Of a stretch of 64,000 bases of DNA, positions 26,951-36,404 are shown piece by piece. The notes beneath the pieces are model-generated. The model ran no database searches, had not been told where the DNA came from, and saw only the letters and a list, made by a program, of their open reading frames with translations. Each line of letters opens with the position of its first letter. Position 1 is the stretch's first letter. Where the stretch lies: positions 8,230 through 72,229 of the forward strand of contig JBBDOX010000010.1 in NCBI GenBank assembly GCA_040876835.1, written 5' to 3'. The position numbers were made by a program, and so were the translations under genes. Source of the DNA: Candidatus Anderseniibacteriota bacterium. Its GTDB lineage: Bacteria; Patescibacteriota; Andersenbacteria; UBA10190.

Positions 26951-29155
26951 ATGGAGATTCAACAACATGTAGCGTCTGGGCGCGTGGGCGGCCAGGAGTT
27001 AAAAATTTCTACTGGTGAGCTGGCTAAGCAAGCGGGTGGATCAGTATTGGTACAGTTTGGAGAAACTGTTGTTCTAGGAACGGCCACAATGGGCCGACCT
27101 CTCTACCCAGATGGCAACTTCTTGCCTCTTTTGGTGGAGTATGAAGAGAAATTCTATGCTGCCGGCAAGATTAAGGGCAGCCGGTTTATTAAGCGTGAAG
27201 GACGACCAACTGACGACGCTATTCTAACTGCTCGCCTTATCGATCGATCGATTCGACCTTTGTTCCCCAAGGGGATGATTAACGATGTGCAGGTAGTGCT
27301 TACAGTTCTGTCATACGATGGCGAAAATGATGCAGATGTAGCAGCTATGATTGCCGCCTGTGCGGCGCTAACTATCTCGGATGTGCCCTGGGCAGGACCC
27401 TTGGCCGCAACTCGCGTAGGTCGCGTAGATGGCCGATTTGTCATCAACCCAACCGTTGAAGAGCGAGAAGTAAGTGATTTAGATCTGCTGCTGGCCGGAA
27501 ACGGAAGTGATGTGGCTATGATCGAGTGTGGAGCTAAAGAGGTTGTTGAAGAGGAGATGCTGAATGCTATCGAAGAAGGGCAAAAGGCAATTGGGGTTAT
27601 TGTAGGACTGATACAGGAACTTCATTCGAAAGTCGGCAAAAGCAAAAGAGACCCTATATTGATGGAAAAACATGAAGAAAAAACTACTAGAGTGCAGGAG
27701 CTGGCTCGTGAAGTATTGGCTGTAAAGCTCGATGAAGCAAAGACAAAAGAGGAGATTGGGCAGGCTGAACGTACCGCTGCAGAGCACGTAGTAACTCAGC
27801 TAACGGAAGAAGAAAAAGAGGAATTCTCTGAATCCCTGATTCGAACAGCTATTCATGAACTGCACGGCAGTATTGCTCGTGATCGAACCATAAAGGAGGG
27901 CGTGCGCACCGATGGACGTGGCTTAGAAGAAGTTCGCTCCCTTTATATTCGAACAGGAATCCTTCCCCGTACGCATGGTTCCGGTCTTTTTCAGCGTGGG
28001 GATACCCAGATCTTAACAACTCTTACACTGGGAGGCCCAGGAGACATGCAGATTATTGATTCGATGGAAATGGAAGGAAAGAAGCGCTATATCCATTATT
28101 ACAATTTCCCAGCCTTCTCTGTTGGAGAAACGAAGCCTAATCGTGGTCCAGGACGACGCGAAATTGGGCATGGAGCTTTAGCGGAGCGAGCGTTAGTTCC
28201 CGTGCTACCTGATAAAGAAGAGTGGCCATATACTATGCTGCTTGTATCCGAAGTACTCGAAAGCCACGGTTCCTCTTCAATGGGATCTATTTGTGGATCT
28301 TCATTAGCTTTAATGGATGGTGGTGTGCCAATTAAAAAGGCAGTTGCTGGAGTAGCGATGGGTCTCATGACTGATGGCAAAGGTAATCATCGGATCCTGA
28401 CAGATATTGCTGGCATGGAAGACGAAAAGGGAGATATGGATTTCAAAATAGCGGGTACAAAAGATGGAATTACGGCGCTGCAGATGGACATTAAAGTCAG
28501 TGGCTTGACCCGTGAAATTCTTGGAGAAGCCTTGGCTCAAGCGAAACGTGGTCGCCTGCATATTATGGAGGCTATGAATCAAGTGCTTGATGCTCCTCGA
28601 CCGGACCTGTCGCCATATGCCCCTCGCATTCATACGATGCGTATCCCCGTGGAAAAGATCGGTGACCTTATTGGTCCGCGCGGTAAACATATTAACGAAA
28701 TTATTGAGGAGACAGGTGTAGAAATTGATATTGAAGACGATGGGCTCGTATCTATCACTACAAACGATCCTCAAGCGCTTCAAAAGGCAATTGATTGGGT
28801 AAAAAATTTGACCCGGGAAATTAAGGCCGGAGAACGTTTTGAAGGTAAGGTAACTCGCATCATGGACTTCGGAGCTTTTGTGGAGATTGTGCCGAATGTA
28901 GAGGGCTTGGTTCATATCTCACAATTTCGTGAGGAGCATGTCCGTGATATTCATGATGTAGCTAAAGTGGGGGATATCATTCCGGTGATAGTTGTTGAAA
29001 TCGATGCTATGGGTCGAATTAACTTATCCCACAAGGCTGCGTTGCCCGGTGGTAATAGTTCAGCCAGTAGCCCTCAGCGTCCCAATCATCCTCCAGCAGG
29101 TGGCCCACACAAGAAGTCGGGATCCTTCCATGGCCCCCAGCCTCCTAGACGGTAA
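26951..29155 (+). CDS. pnp: polyribonucleotide nucleotidyltransferase (PNPase) with a Gly/Pro-rich C-terminal tail
   Basis: 734 aa. Two RNase PH domains, KH (..IGDLIGPRGKHINEI..) and S1 (..GKVTRIMDFGAFVEI..), then a low-complexity PGGNSSASSPQRPNHPPAGGPHKKSG tail. Confidence 0.92.
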   Translation: MEIQQHVASGRVGGQELKISTGELAKQAGGSVLVQFGETVVLGTATMGRPLYPDGNFLPLLVEYEEKFYAAGKIKGSRFIKREGRPTDDAILTARLIDRSIRPLFPKGMINDVQVVLTVLSYDGENDADVAAMIAACAALTISDVPWAGPLAATRVGRVDGRFVINPTVEEREVSDLDLLLAGNGSDVAMIECGAKEVVEEEMLNAIEEGQKAIGVIVGLIQELHSKVGKSKRDPILMEKHEEKTTRVQELAREVLAVKLDEAKTKEEIGQAERTAAEHVVTQLTEEEKEEFSESLIRTAIHELHGSIARDRTIKEGVRTDGRGLEEVRSLYIRTGILPRTHGSGLFQRGDTQILTTLTLGGPGDMQIIDSMEMEGKKRYIHYYNFPAFSVGETKPNRGPGRREIGHGALAERALVPVLPDKEEWPYTMLLVSEVLESHGSSSMGSICGSSLALMDGGVPIKKAVAGVAMGLMTDGKGNHRILTDIAGMEDEKGDMDFKIAGTKDGITALQMDIKVSGLTREILGEALAQAKRGRLHIMEAMNQVLDAPRPDLSPYAPRIHTMRIPVEKIGDLIGPRGKHINEIIEETGVEIDIEDDGLVSITTNDPQALQKAIDWVKNLTREIKAGERFEGKVTRIMDFGAFVEIVPNVEGLVHISQFREEHVRDIHDVAKVGDIIPVIVVEIDAMGRINLSHKAALPGGNSSASSPQRPNHPPAGGPHKKSGSFHGPQPPRR

Positions 29156-29171
29156 CCGAATGTCAAACTTA

Positions 29172-29208
29172 AAACGACCTCTCTAAAAAAAGAGGTCGTT
29201 TGCTTTTA
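29172..29208 (+). terminator. rho-independent terminator after pnp
   Basis: Perfect 11-bp stem AAACGACCTCT/AGAGGTCGTTT, loop CTAAAAAA, then GCTTTTACT. Confidence 0.65.
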
Positions 29209-29274
29209 CTACTCAGAGAAAGCGTTGTTTGGTATGATAAAAGGAAATTATTCCTTCGCATGTAACAATAAGGT

Positions 29275-31041
29275 ATGGCCGAAGCATCAAACCAGCAGCC
29301 AACGGGGCCTACTTCGCAATCTTCATTGCCTGTTGGTCCTCCGCCACCTCCTGTGAGACCCGCAGCAGCTTCTGAGCCGCAGCCTACAAACGAACCTATA
29401 CGCCTTCCTGTCAAAGAAGTAGCTATCCAAACCATGAAGGACGACCTGGGAACCGCCAGTAGCACTTTCCAGGCTTCTGCGGCTCCTTCTACGCAGGGGA
29501 AACCCCTCTCAGCCCCACAACAACCACTCCCTTCTCCTAGCTCTCTACCTTTGCAAGCTCGCAATAAGTCCGAACAGGGCGTTCAGCAGCCTGCAAAGAA
29601 AAAAGGAAGCCATAAAGGGCTGATCATTGCTCTTTTCCTCGGAGTGTTACTTGCTATTGTTGGAACCAGTGGATGGTATATATGGTCCCGGTTCTCGGGA
29701 GAAAGCGGTATTGCTCCTCAATCTACCAGCACTCTATCTGCCGCTGAGATGATTCCTGAAGATGCACGTGTAGTTATAAGGTACCAGTTTACAAATCCTC
29801 AGGATCGCATCGCTTTGCAGGCTATGTGGCAAACAAGCGGAGCTGATAGCTCCACCCCTCTGGGGGATCTCGTTGCCGGAAACCCCATACTTCTTTTGGA
29901 AGTACAGACTATTCAGGAAGTGATGTATGTTCTACTTCCTGACAATACTCGACCATTTATGGTGGTGCCAAGAACAGCAGAAACAGAACAGTTATTGACT
30001 ACAGAAAGCGGAGTCCAGGTTTCGTCTGTAGAGAATTGGATTGTTGCTCACCCGATCAACGCCGGGCTGTATAAAGAAAGTCTTTCACTTGGCTCTCAAG
30101 CCGCCATAGGTGGTTTGCCAGCCTTAGCAGGCGATTCTCATCTCCAGTTTCTTATACAACAGGAGGAATTACAGCAGCTCTCTCAAGCAAAGGCATTTCC
30201 AGATGTAGCATTCTTGCCGAGTCAGACAAGTATTGCTTTGCAGGGAAAATACGATACGGCAACCAATAGCATTCTCTTTACAAGCGGTTCGGATTTCATA
30301 GCTGGCACAAGCACTCCGCTAAAGGAAGGGTTTGTGCCCTTAGTTCCAGCTCAAAGCACGTTTACGCAATTTGGTACGAATTTACAGGAAGACATTGCCA
30401 GCTTGTCGGGGCAGAAGAGTATAGATATTGCCGTACTTGAACAGCCCGCCGTACAACAGTTTGTATCTCAACTCACCACTCCATATGTATATTATCGCTA
30501 TACTAGTCAAGCAGGAGCTGAGAACGCAGCGCTTATTATAGGGTTACCACAGAATACTGCCGCAACACTTGGTCTTGGGGATACCGCGATCGAAACAGGC
30601 CTACGAGCGTTAATTCCTCTGATTGCCGGGCAGGGTAGTGCTACAGTTCCTCAACTAGCGTTTGCTACAGGGGAATACCGTTCAGTGCCACTGCGATACG
30701 TAAACCTCTCTGGCCAAGATCAGGCTATAGACTATGCGATTATAAATAACTACCTGCTCGTAGCATCCTCGAAAGACAGCATGTTTGAGCTTATAGATAC
30801 TATTCTAGGTACCGCTCCGGCCTTGGTTAACGAGGAACCCTGGAGAACGGTAATTGCGCAAGGTGGAAATGCAGTCTTTGGTGGGCCAACAATTATAGAC
30901 AATGCTGCTGCTACCTTCTTATCAACGCTACTTCCCTCAAACCCTTCGGGACAGTTTCCCTTTGTAGTAAGCAGACAAAGAGTCGGAGACAGCGTAATTC
31001 TACAAGGCGTACTGTCTCTTTCTGATCAGGTCGCCCGCTAG
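29275..31041 (+). CDS. hypothetical membrane-anchored surface protein (Pro-rich N-terminus, single TM, large ectodomain)
   Basis: 588 aa. PPPPVRPAAASEPQP low-complexity region, TM GLIIALFLGVLLAIVGTSGWYIW, then an approximately 450-aa domain with no known motif. Confidence 0.45.
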   Translation: MAEASNQQPTGPTSQSSLPVGPPPPPVRPAAASEPQPTNEPIRLPVKEVAIQTMKDDLGTASSTFQASAAPSTQGKPLSAPQQPLPSPSSLPLQARNKSEQGVQQPAKKKGSHKGLIIALFLGVLLAIVGTSGWYIWSRFSGESGIAPQSTSTLSAAEMIPEDARVVIRYQFTNPQDRIALQAMWQTSGADSSTPLGDLVAGNPILLLEVQTIQEVMYVLLPDNTRPFMVVPRTAETEQLLTTESGVQVSSVENWIVAHPINAGLYKESLSLGSQAAIGGLPALAGDSHLQFLIQQEELQQLSQAKAFPDVAFLPSQTSIALQGKYDTATNSILFTSGSDFIAGTSTPLKEGFVPLVPAQSTFTQFGTNLQEDIASLSGQKSIDIAVLEQPAVQQFVSQLTTPYVYYRYTSQAGAENAALIIGLPQNTAATLGLGDTAIETGLRALIPLIAGQGSATVPQLAFATGEYRSVPLRYVNLSGQDQAIDYAIINNYLLVASSKDSMFELIDTILGTAPALVNEEPWRTVIAQGGNAVFGGPTIIDNAAATFLSTLLPSNPSGQFPFVVSRQRVGDSVILQGVLSLSDQVAR

Positions 31042-31098
31042 AGCCTGATTTAGCTGACGACTTGGAGCCTCTAGTATACACTGAGGCTTTATCTGCCT

Positions 31099-32340
31099 AT
31101 GCGTCTTAGTAATAAAAAAATTGCAATATATATTGCCACTGTTTTAGGAACCACCTTAGTGGTAGGCATACTGCTTTTCTTTTCTTTAAATCGGTCATCG
31201 TGGTTCTTGTTAGGTCTTTTATCAGAAAGCGCTCCATCCTCGCTGACTATAGGGATCAAGCGTCCCACTAATATTTTTTCTGAAAAATTTGAACATGCGT
31301 TAGTACCAGCAGCAATAGTAAATAATAAGTGGCATGCGTATGTGATAGCTCAAGAGGGAGGTAAGGTTTCTGTAGCGGGGGTGGTGAACCCGTTCCATGC
31401 AAAGGAGGTAGCAGAAAATCTGCAAAGGGCTGGAAAAACTGTTAAGCGAATTGGGTGGACCATAGTTATTGCAAAGGAGGGGGAATTAACGCAAGGTACA
31501 TGGCAATATCTTCAGAAAGGAATAAGCAGTTTGGCGCTTCATGTAGCTAAGTATAGGTTTCCGATATGGCCAATGGCTATTGCGAGCATACAAGAGAAAC
31601 AAGCTCCCTATGTTAAATCTGATGTTGTGGCTATGCTTTTGCACGACAATAGAGGAGAGCGCTTAATTGCGAAGGAGCATACTCGCAATTTTGGGGAACT
31701 CAAAAGCGGTTTAGAAAACGGAAGCGAATGGGGCTCATCAATAACCCCTGCGGAAGCAGTAATGGTGGCAGGCTTATCAAGTTTAGAAGTACTCCCAGGT
31801 GCAGTAAAAGATCAGTTAAGCGCATATATAGCAAACCGCTTTTCCTTTACTCATACACGCCCCGCCTTTATAGCGACTATAACCACTCCTGAGCGGGTTG
31901 TATTACTCGCAGAGGGTGAAGATACAATCCTGGGGCTTCAAGGGGCCTCAGAAGCCAACGTGGCAGAGCTGCAGAGGCTTTTTGAGGCAGAAGCTGCTTA
32001 CGATTACCCACAAAGACACACATTCTTACTTCCTGATCGCACGCTTGGATATGAGTACATTCCGAATATTGCGGAAGTCGTCATAGAAGATAGTGCTGCC
32101 CATTCTGCGTGCAAGGCTTTATCTATGCATGGTAGTAAAGTGTGGATATGCAACCAGGCCAATATGCTGTTCGTTACCACATCAATATCCCTGATCGAAC
32201 GAGGGACAGCGTTTCTTTCTGAAAAACAAGAAAGACTAGAGATCACTGACCCCACGTTACTTACTGCGTTCTCAAATTTTGCCCCATCCTTCTTCTTTAC
32301 CAAGACAGAAGAATTTAGCGAAATGAGAATAGGAAAATAG
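31099..32340 (+). CDS. hypothetical N-terminally anchored protein
   Basis: 413 aa. N-terminal TM (IAIYIATVLGTTLVVGILLFF). No motif matches. Confidence 0.4.
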   Translation: MRLSNKKIAIYIATVLGTTLVVGILLFFSLNRSSWFLLGLLSESAPSSLTIGIKRPTNIFSEKFEHALVPAAIVNNKWHAYVIAQEGGKVSVAGVVNPFHAKEVAENLQRAGKTVKRIGWTIVIAKEGELTQGTWQYLQKGISSLALHVAKYRFPIWPMAIASIQEKQAPYVKSDVVAMLLHDNRGERLIAKEHTRNFGELKSGLENGSEWGSSITPAEAVMVAGLSSLEVLPGAVKDQLSAYIANRFSFTHTRPAFIATITTPERVVLLAEGEDTILGLQGASEANVAELQRLFEAEAAYDYPQRHTFLLPDRTLGYEYIPNIAEVVIEDSAAHSACKALSMHGSKVWICNQANMLFVTTSISLIERGTAFLSEKQERLEITDPTLLTAFSNFAPSFFFTKTEEFSEMRIGK

Positions 32341-33640
32341 ACTGTACGTGCCTATACATAGAGACTAACAGGAACACGCAAGTATCAAAACCGATCCCCT
32401 ATGCTTATAGGACTTGGCCAATAGACCCTAGCAATAAGAGAGATAACACCAGCAGAACTTTACATAGAGCAGTACTCAGAAACCAAACCACTTTTCTGTA
32501 TGTGCTTTCTTGTAAGGCAACACAGGAAAGAAAAGGTAGGGCAAGGGGTAAGGCTAAGACAAGGGTTGAGGAACGCTTTGAATCGGGAGCCTCTTACTAG
32601 AATGGAGAAAAATCGAGGCAAGAGTCGGCGAGAGTACGAGAAGTTCTTCTATAATCAAGTCGCAGAAGGAGGTTTATGGAAGGCTATCCATAAATTGAAA
32701 GATCTAAAAGACTTTTACAAGAAATAACCCAGCGTCAGCTGGTCGTAAGGGGCAGAAAGTAGGATCTCTACAGGTATGTGTGTGGGAAGCGAAGATGTCT
32801 ATCGTGTTGTGCGCCTGAACTTCACGTCTCCTGCGCAGTAGTTTAAGAAAGAGACCCAAAAGACAGACCTATCCTAAGATTTTCAAGCAGGGGAAGGGTG
32901 TAAAGAGGGAATAAAATGCATACAGTAAAGGAACATATGATCGTATTTATTGCGGGTAACATATATGTTCAAAAATCATGTTCAATCGCTTTACCGAGGG
33001 GTAAAAACATGCTATACTTCACCTATCACTAAGCACTCTCGGGCGCTTAGGAATACAAAAAAGCGAAACAAACAGCCACCACGACCCTGAAGAGAATACC
33101 TCGCGTATAGCATGCAGGGTCGACACAATTCCTGAACACTACAACTGAATATCCACACTTCTACTAAGGGGACGGGGGGCGCGGTTAGGGAGTATTTCCC
33201 CCTATACTCCCTAAGCGTGCTTCCCTAACTTAGGAGAAGTACATCCTCCACTTTGAGGACGTGGTGACCTACGTCGCCCTCAAACATCAAACATAAAAAC
33301 GTTCAAACACACGGTTAGAACATTTGTACTTTCTAGCAGAGATGGTTACATCAGCATCAAACTACATTAAGATGAGTAACCGGAACTGCAATCAAGGTGA
33401 AGGAACATTCCATTTCGTAGGATGTGGGATAGATGCACTTAGTCCTTGCTTGTAACATTGGTAATAATGGTCGGTGCTGGATCGGTTCCAGCTTCGTGAA
33501 AGCGGTTCGTCACCGACCATTTTGCCTTCGGGCGAGGGCCTTACAGGTCCGCACGGTCAATTATTTATTTTTTGCCGGATGTCGGGCCTGTTTCATTTTA
33601 TTGAAAGCGTTATAATAGTATCTATTGATTTTGAATATAT

Positions 33641-34000
33641 ATGTCTATGAATAACGACTCAGCTCACTCTCGCGAATTTATCGAAGAAATGAAAAAAGCT
33701 CTATTAAGAGAAAGACAGGACATTAGCAGCGAACTGAAGGGACTTGCCCATAAGGAGAAAGGAGACTTTCAAGCGAATTTTCCCGACTATGGCCGTAATG
33801 ATGAAGAGAGTGTTTCTGAGTTTTCTGACTATGAGGCAGCAAATGCTACAACTGAAGCCATAGAGGCTCGTCTAAAAGATATTGAAGCTGCTATTGAGCG
33901 CATTGAGCGGGGCACATACGGAACTACCGATGAGGGAGAAATTATTCCCGAAGCTCGCTTGCGAGCTAATCCGGCAGCCACCACCCTTGTTGGTAAGTAG
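33641..34000 (+). CDS. DksA/TraR-family-like protein lacking the zinc-finger cysteines
   Basis: 119 aa. Coiled-coil N-terminal half, then IERIERGTYGTTDEGEIIPEARL, which resembles the DksA C4 region (RIEDGTYGxCExCGxxI) with Cys replaced by T, D, E. Confidence 0.4.
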   Translation: MSMNNDSAHSREFIEEMKKALLRERQDISSELKGLAHKEKGDFQANFPDYGRNDEESVSEFSDYEAANATTEAIEARLKDIEAAIERIERGTYGTTDEGEIIPEARLRANPAATTLVGK

Positions 34001-34454
34001 GTCAACGGTTTTTATCTTGATCGCTATTCTTCTTCTTGCAGGAGATTTTTGGGCTAAGCAGTATTTCTTTGATCACAAAGACCAAGCCTATTCGTTGCTA
34101 GGCAGTCAGCTGGTTTTGCAATTTCAAGCTAATGAGGGCTTGCTAGCAGGGTTGTCTTACTCTCAGGGGTTATTAATTGGAGTTATTTGTCTGAGTATTT
34201 TCTTTGGGTTGCTCATTATCGATTCGTTTAGGAAGAAGAGGAGAGAACCGCTAGTACTCGTTTTATTAGGCGGGCTAGGGAATATGTTCGATCGAGTTAC
34301 GCATGGGCAGGTGATTGATTACATACACCTTAACCGACTGGAGTATAATATTGCAGACGCACTGATTGTTATTGGAGTAGTATGGTATATTCTCACTCTA
34401 TTTTCGGTTAACGATAGTTTGGCTAAAGATATGCGAAAGAGTGAGCAGTTATAA
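33930..34454 (+). CDS. lspA: lipoprotein signal peptidase II
   Basis: Conserved LspA motifs GGLGNMFDRVTHGQVIDYI and YNIADALIVIGVV, with four TM helices. The start is uncertain. The track start is TTG 33882; ATG 33930 is chosen here; either way it overlaps the upstream gene in another frame. Confidence 0.65.
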   Translation: MREKLFPKLACELIRQPPPLLVSRSTVFILIAILLLAGDFWAKQYFFDHKDQAYSLLGSQLVLQFQANEGLLAGLSYSQGLLIGVICLSIFFGLLIIDSFRKKRREPLVLVLLGGLGNMFDRVTHGQVIDYIHLNRLEYNIADALIVIGVVWYILTLFSVNDSLAKDMRKSEQL

Positions 34455-34526
34455 AGTAGTGCTGCTAGATTTCGTTTGATGCAATCGAAAATGGTACAAT
34501 ATTAACCAGGAGGGATTTTTTATTAT

Positions 34527-35423
34527 ATGAATCGATACTCATCCCAAACTATTTTTCATTCATTTGTGTATGGTGGCGCTTCTGTTTTGCTCGCCCTCGA
34601 CTTATTTTATTTGGTTAAGTCGCTTTTCCAGGCCAACTTCGTACCGATAGTGCCCATTGTTGCCGGCATCTTTATCACTACCGGTCTTTTACTGGTTGTG
34701 TATGCTGAGCACCAAGCTCGTAAGCAAGCCAGAGCGGAATTACGCCGTTTATCTCGAGTGGCCCATCAACTAGAGAGTCCGCTTCATGCTCTACAGGAAG
34801 ATTTGCAGCAACTTATAGCCCAGTCTAACAGTTTACCCGCAGAAGCTCGCCTTAAACTTAAACGGATGGATACAAAGTCACGTATTTTGCTCGATAATAT
34901 TCGTGACGTCTTCTTAATACTGCGAGCTCAGCATGGGAAGATAGTACAGGATCTAAAAACATACGACGCATGTAAGTTAGTTGAAGAGGCCGTAGAGCGG
35001 GTGACACCTCTAGCCTCGGCTCGTAATGTAGAAATACTTCAAAAGACGCACTGTGAGCATGCCGCTGTAGTTGTTGATCGCTCGTTATTCTTTATCGCTC
35101 TCGGGCACCTTCTGGAAAATGCTGTGTTATATACATTAACACCAGGCATGTTGAATATTTCGATTATAAAAGGAAAAATGCATGTACGAATAATCGTGCA
35201 GGATCGAGGGGTTGGCGTTAAAGAAAAAGATGCGCCTGCAATTTTGCTACCATTTGCACGTGGTGATAAGGCTGATCAATTTGATCCCGATGGTATCGGC
35301 GTAGGGCTAACTCTAACTAACCATATCATGAAGGAGTTTCAGGGCGCTCTTCTCTGGCGGCCAAGAGGAAATACAGCTGGAACTGAATTTGAAATGAGGC
35401 TGCCTCTTGCTAAAACAAGCTAG
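34527..35423 (+). CDS. sensor histidine kinase (orphan, no response regulator nearby)
   Basis: 298 aa. Two N-terminal TM helices, H-box LSRVAHQLESPLHAL, N-box ..LLENAVLYT.., G-boxes DRGVGV and GVGLTLTNHIM. Confidence 0.7.
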   Translation: MNRYSSQTIFHSFVYGGASVLLALDLFYLVKSLFQANFVPIVPIVAGIFITTGLLLVVYAEHQARKQARAELRRLSRVAHQLESPLHALQEDLQQLIAQSNSLPAEARLKLKRMDTKSRILLDNIRDVFLILRAQHGKIVQDLKTYDACKLVEEAVERVTPLASARNVEILQKTHCEHAAVVVDRSLFFIALGHLLENAVLYTLTPGMLNISIIKGKMHVRIIVQDRGVGVKEKDAPAILLPFARGDKADQFDPDGIGVGLTLTNHIMKEFQGALLWRPRGNTAGTEFEMRLPLAKTS

Positions 35424-35464
35424 AGCCTTGCGAGATACCGAGTAAGACCGTATAAAGAGGAAAC

Positions 35465-35538
35465 CGCACCCGTAGCTCAATTGGATAGAGCGTTGGTCTT
35501 CGGAACCAAAGGTTGCACGTTCGAGCCGTGCCGGGTGC
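35465..35538 (+). tRNA. tRNA-Arg (anticodon TCG)
   Basis: Hand-folded. Acceptor GCACCCG/CGGGTGC, anticodon stem TTGGT/ACCAA with loop CT-TCG-GA, T-arm GCACG-TTCGAGC-CGTGC. Confidence 0.85.
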
Positions 35539-35543
35539 ACTTA

Positions 35544-36131
35544 TTATATCAATTCTGTTTTCTCCAGAACGTGGTAAAGCAGAATACTAGTAGAGAGCGC
35601 GACGTTGTGAGAGTTGCCCAGACCAAGGATGGGAATTTCTACAATATGATCAGAAAGATCCAATAGCTCCTGGCGAACCCCTTGGCGCTCATGACCTACT
35701 ATGATTGTTAATGGTAAGCCATATTGCTGAGCCGATAGCTGATGATATGGAATGCTCTTATCGGTTTGTTCTAAAGAAACAACAGTATTACCCTGCTCTT
35801 TTAGCTGCTTAATAAGGGAAACTGGATTCTGGATATACTCCCATGGTTGGTGGGGCAGGGCGTATACGGCAGTTTTGGCAATGCGATGCTCGTGACGGGC
35901 AATAAGTGCCATTGGTCGATCATCGCGCTGTATGCGGGGATGGCCTGTGTAGCCTGTCAGATATATTTTTTCAAGCCGAGCAGTTTCACAAAGGCGAAAG
36001 AGCAAGCCCACATTATCGAGACTGCGCACGTTATCTGTAACTATTGAAATAGGAACACGCCTCATAGACGAAAGCATATCTGGTGCTGGACGTTCATTCA
36101 CTAGATCTTCTGTTGTTTTCTTTGTAACCAT
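35544..36131 (-). CDS. SpoU/TrmH-family RNA 2'-O-methyltransferase (SPOUT)
   Basis: 195 aa. C-terminal SPOUT knot motifs IIVGHERQGV and EIPILGLGNSHNVALSTSILLYHV. Confidence 0.75.
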   Translation of the reverse strand: MVTKKTTEDLVNERPAPDMLSSMRRVPISIVTDNVRSLDNVGLLFRLCETARLEKIYLTGYTGHPRIQRDDRPMALIARHEHRIAKTAVYALPHQPWEYIQNPVSLIKQLKEQGNTVVSLEQTDKSIPYHQLSAQQYGLPLTIIVGHERQGVRQELLDLSDHIVEIPILGLGNSHNVALSTSILLYHVLEKTELI

Positions 36132-36136
36132 TTATC

Positions 36137-36211
36137 TGGGGCGACTAGAGGGAATTGAACCCTCGTCACCGGGACCACAACCCGGGGCTTTACCACTAAG
36201 CTATAGCCGCC
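36137..36211 (-). tRNA. tRNA-His (anticodon GTG) with encoded G-1 and CCA
   Basis: Minus strand reads G-GCGGCTA..CCGGG-TTGTGGT-CCCGG..TAGTCGC-C-CCA. The extra 5' G pairs with discriminator C73, the His identity feature. Confidence 0.85.
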
Positions 36212-36277
36212 ATGGTAGGCGTTTTTGCCTAAGATTGTAGCAATTTACCATATTTTCTGGTAAAAACAAGAAATCGC

Positions 36278-36351
36278 GTGCCTGTAGCTCAGTTGGATAG
36301 AGCGAGCGGCTTCTACCCGCTAGGTCGTAGGTTCGAATCCTACCAGGCACA
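36278..36351 (+). tRNA. tRNA-Arg (anticodon TCT)
   Basis: Hand-folded. Acceptor GTGCCTG/CAGGCAC, anticodon stem AGCGG/CCGCT with loop CT-TCT-AC, T-arm GTAGG-TTCGAAT-CCTAC. Confidence 0.85.
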
Positions 36352-36404
36352 CCGTGGAGGGAAGACATCTAGAACATTTAACAACACAGACAGGGAGAAT
36401 TGCC

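Noticed and set aside
28310-28915. 201-aa minus-strand ORF inside pnp, and similar internal antisense ORFs (55053-55478 in rfbB, 50879-51181 in valS, 59088-59546 in the prenyl synthase)
   Set aside because: They are embedded antisense to high-confidence conserved genes, with no SD or motifs.
32341-33640. tmRNA, RNase P RNA or SRP RNA in the ORF-free region
   Set aside because: Manual search found no tRNA-like acceptor/T-arm with a CCA end, no ..AA-stop tag reading frame, no P4/GGTAAGGGTGAAA RNase P blocks and no AGGUCCGGAAGGAAGCAGC SRP motif. The region is kept only as an unclassified structured region.
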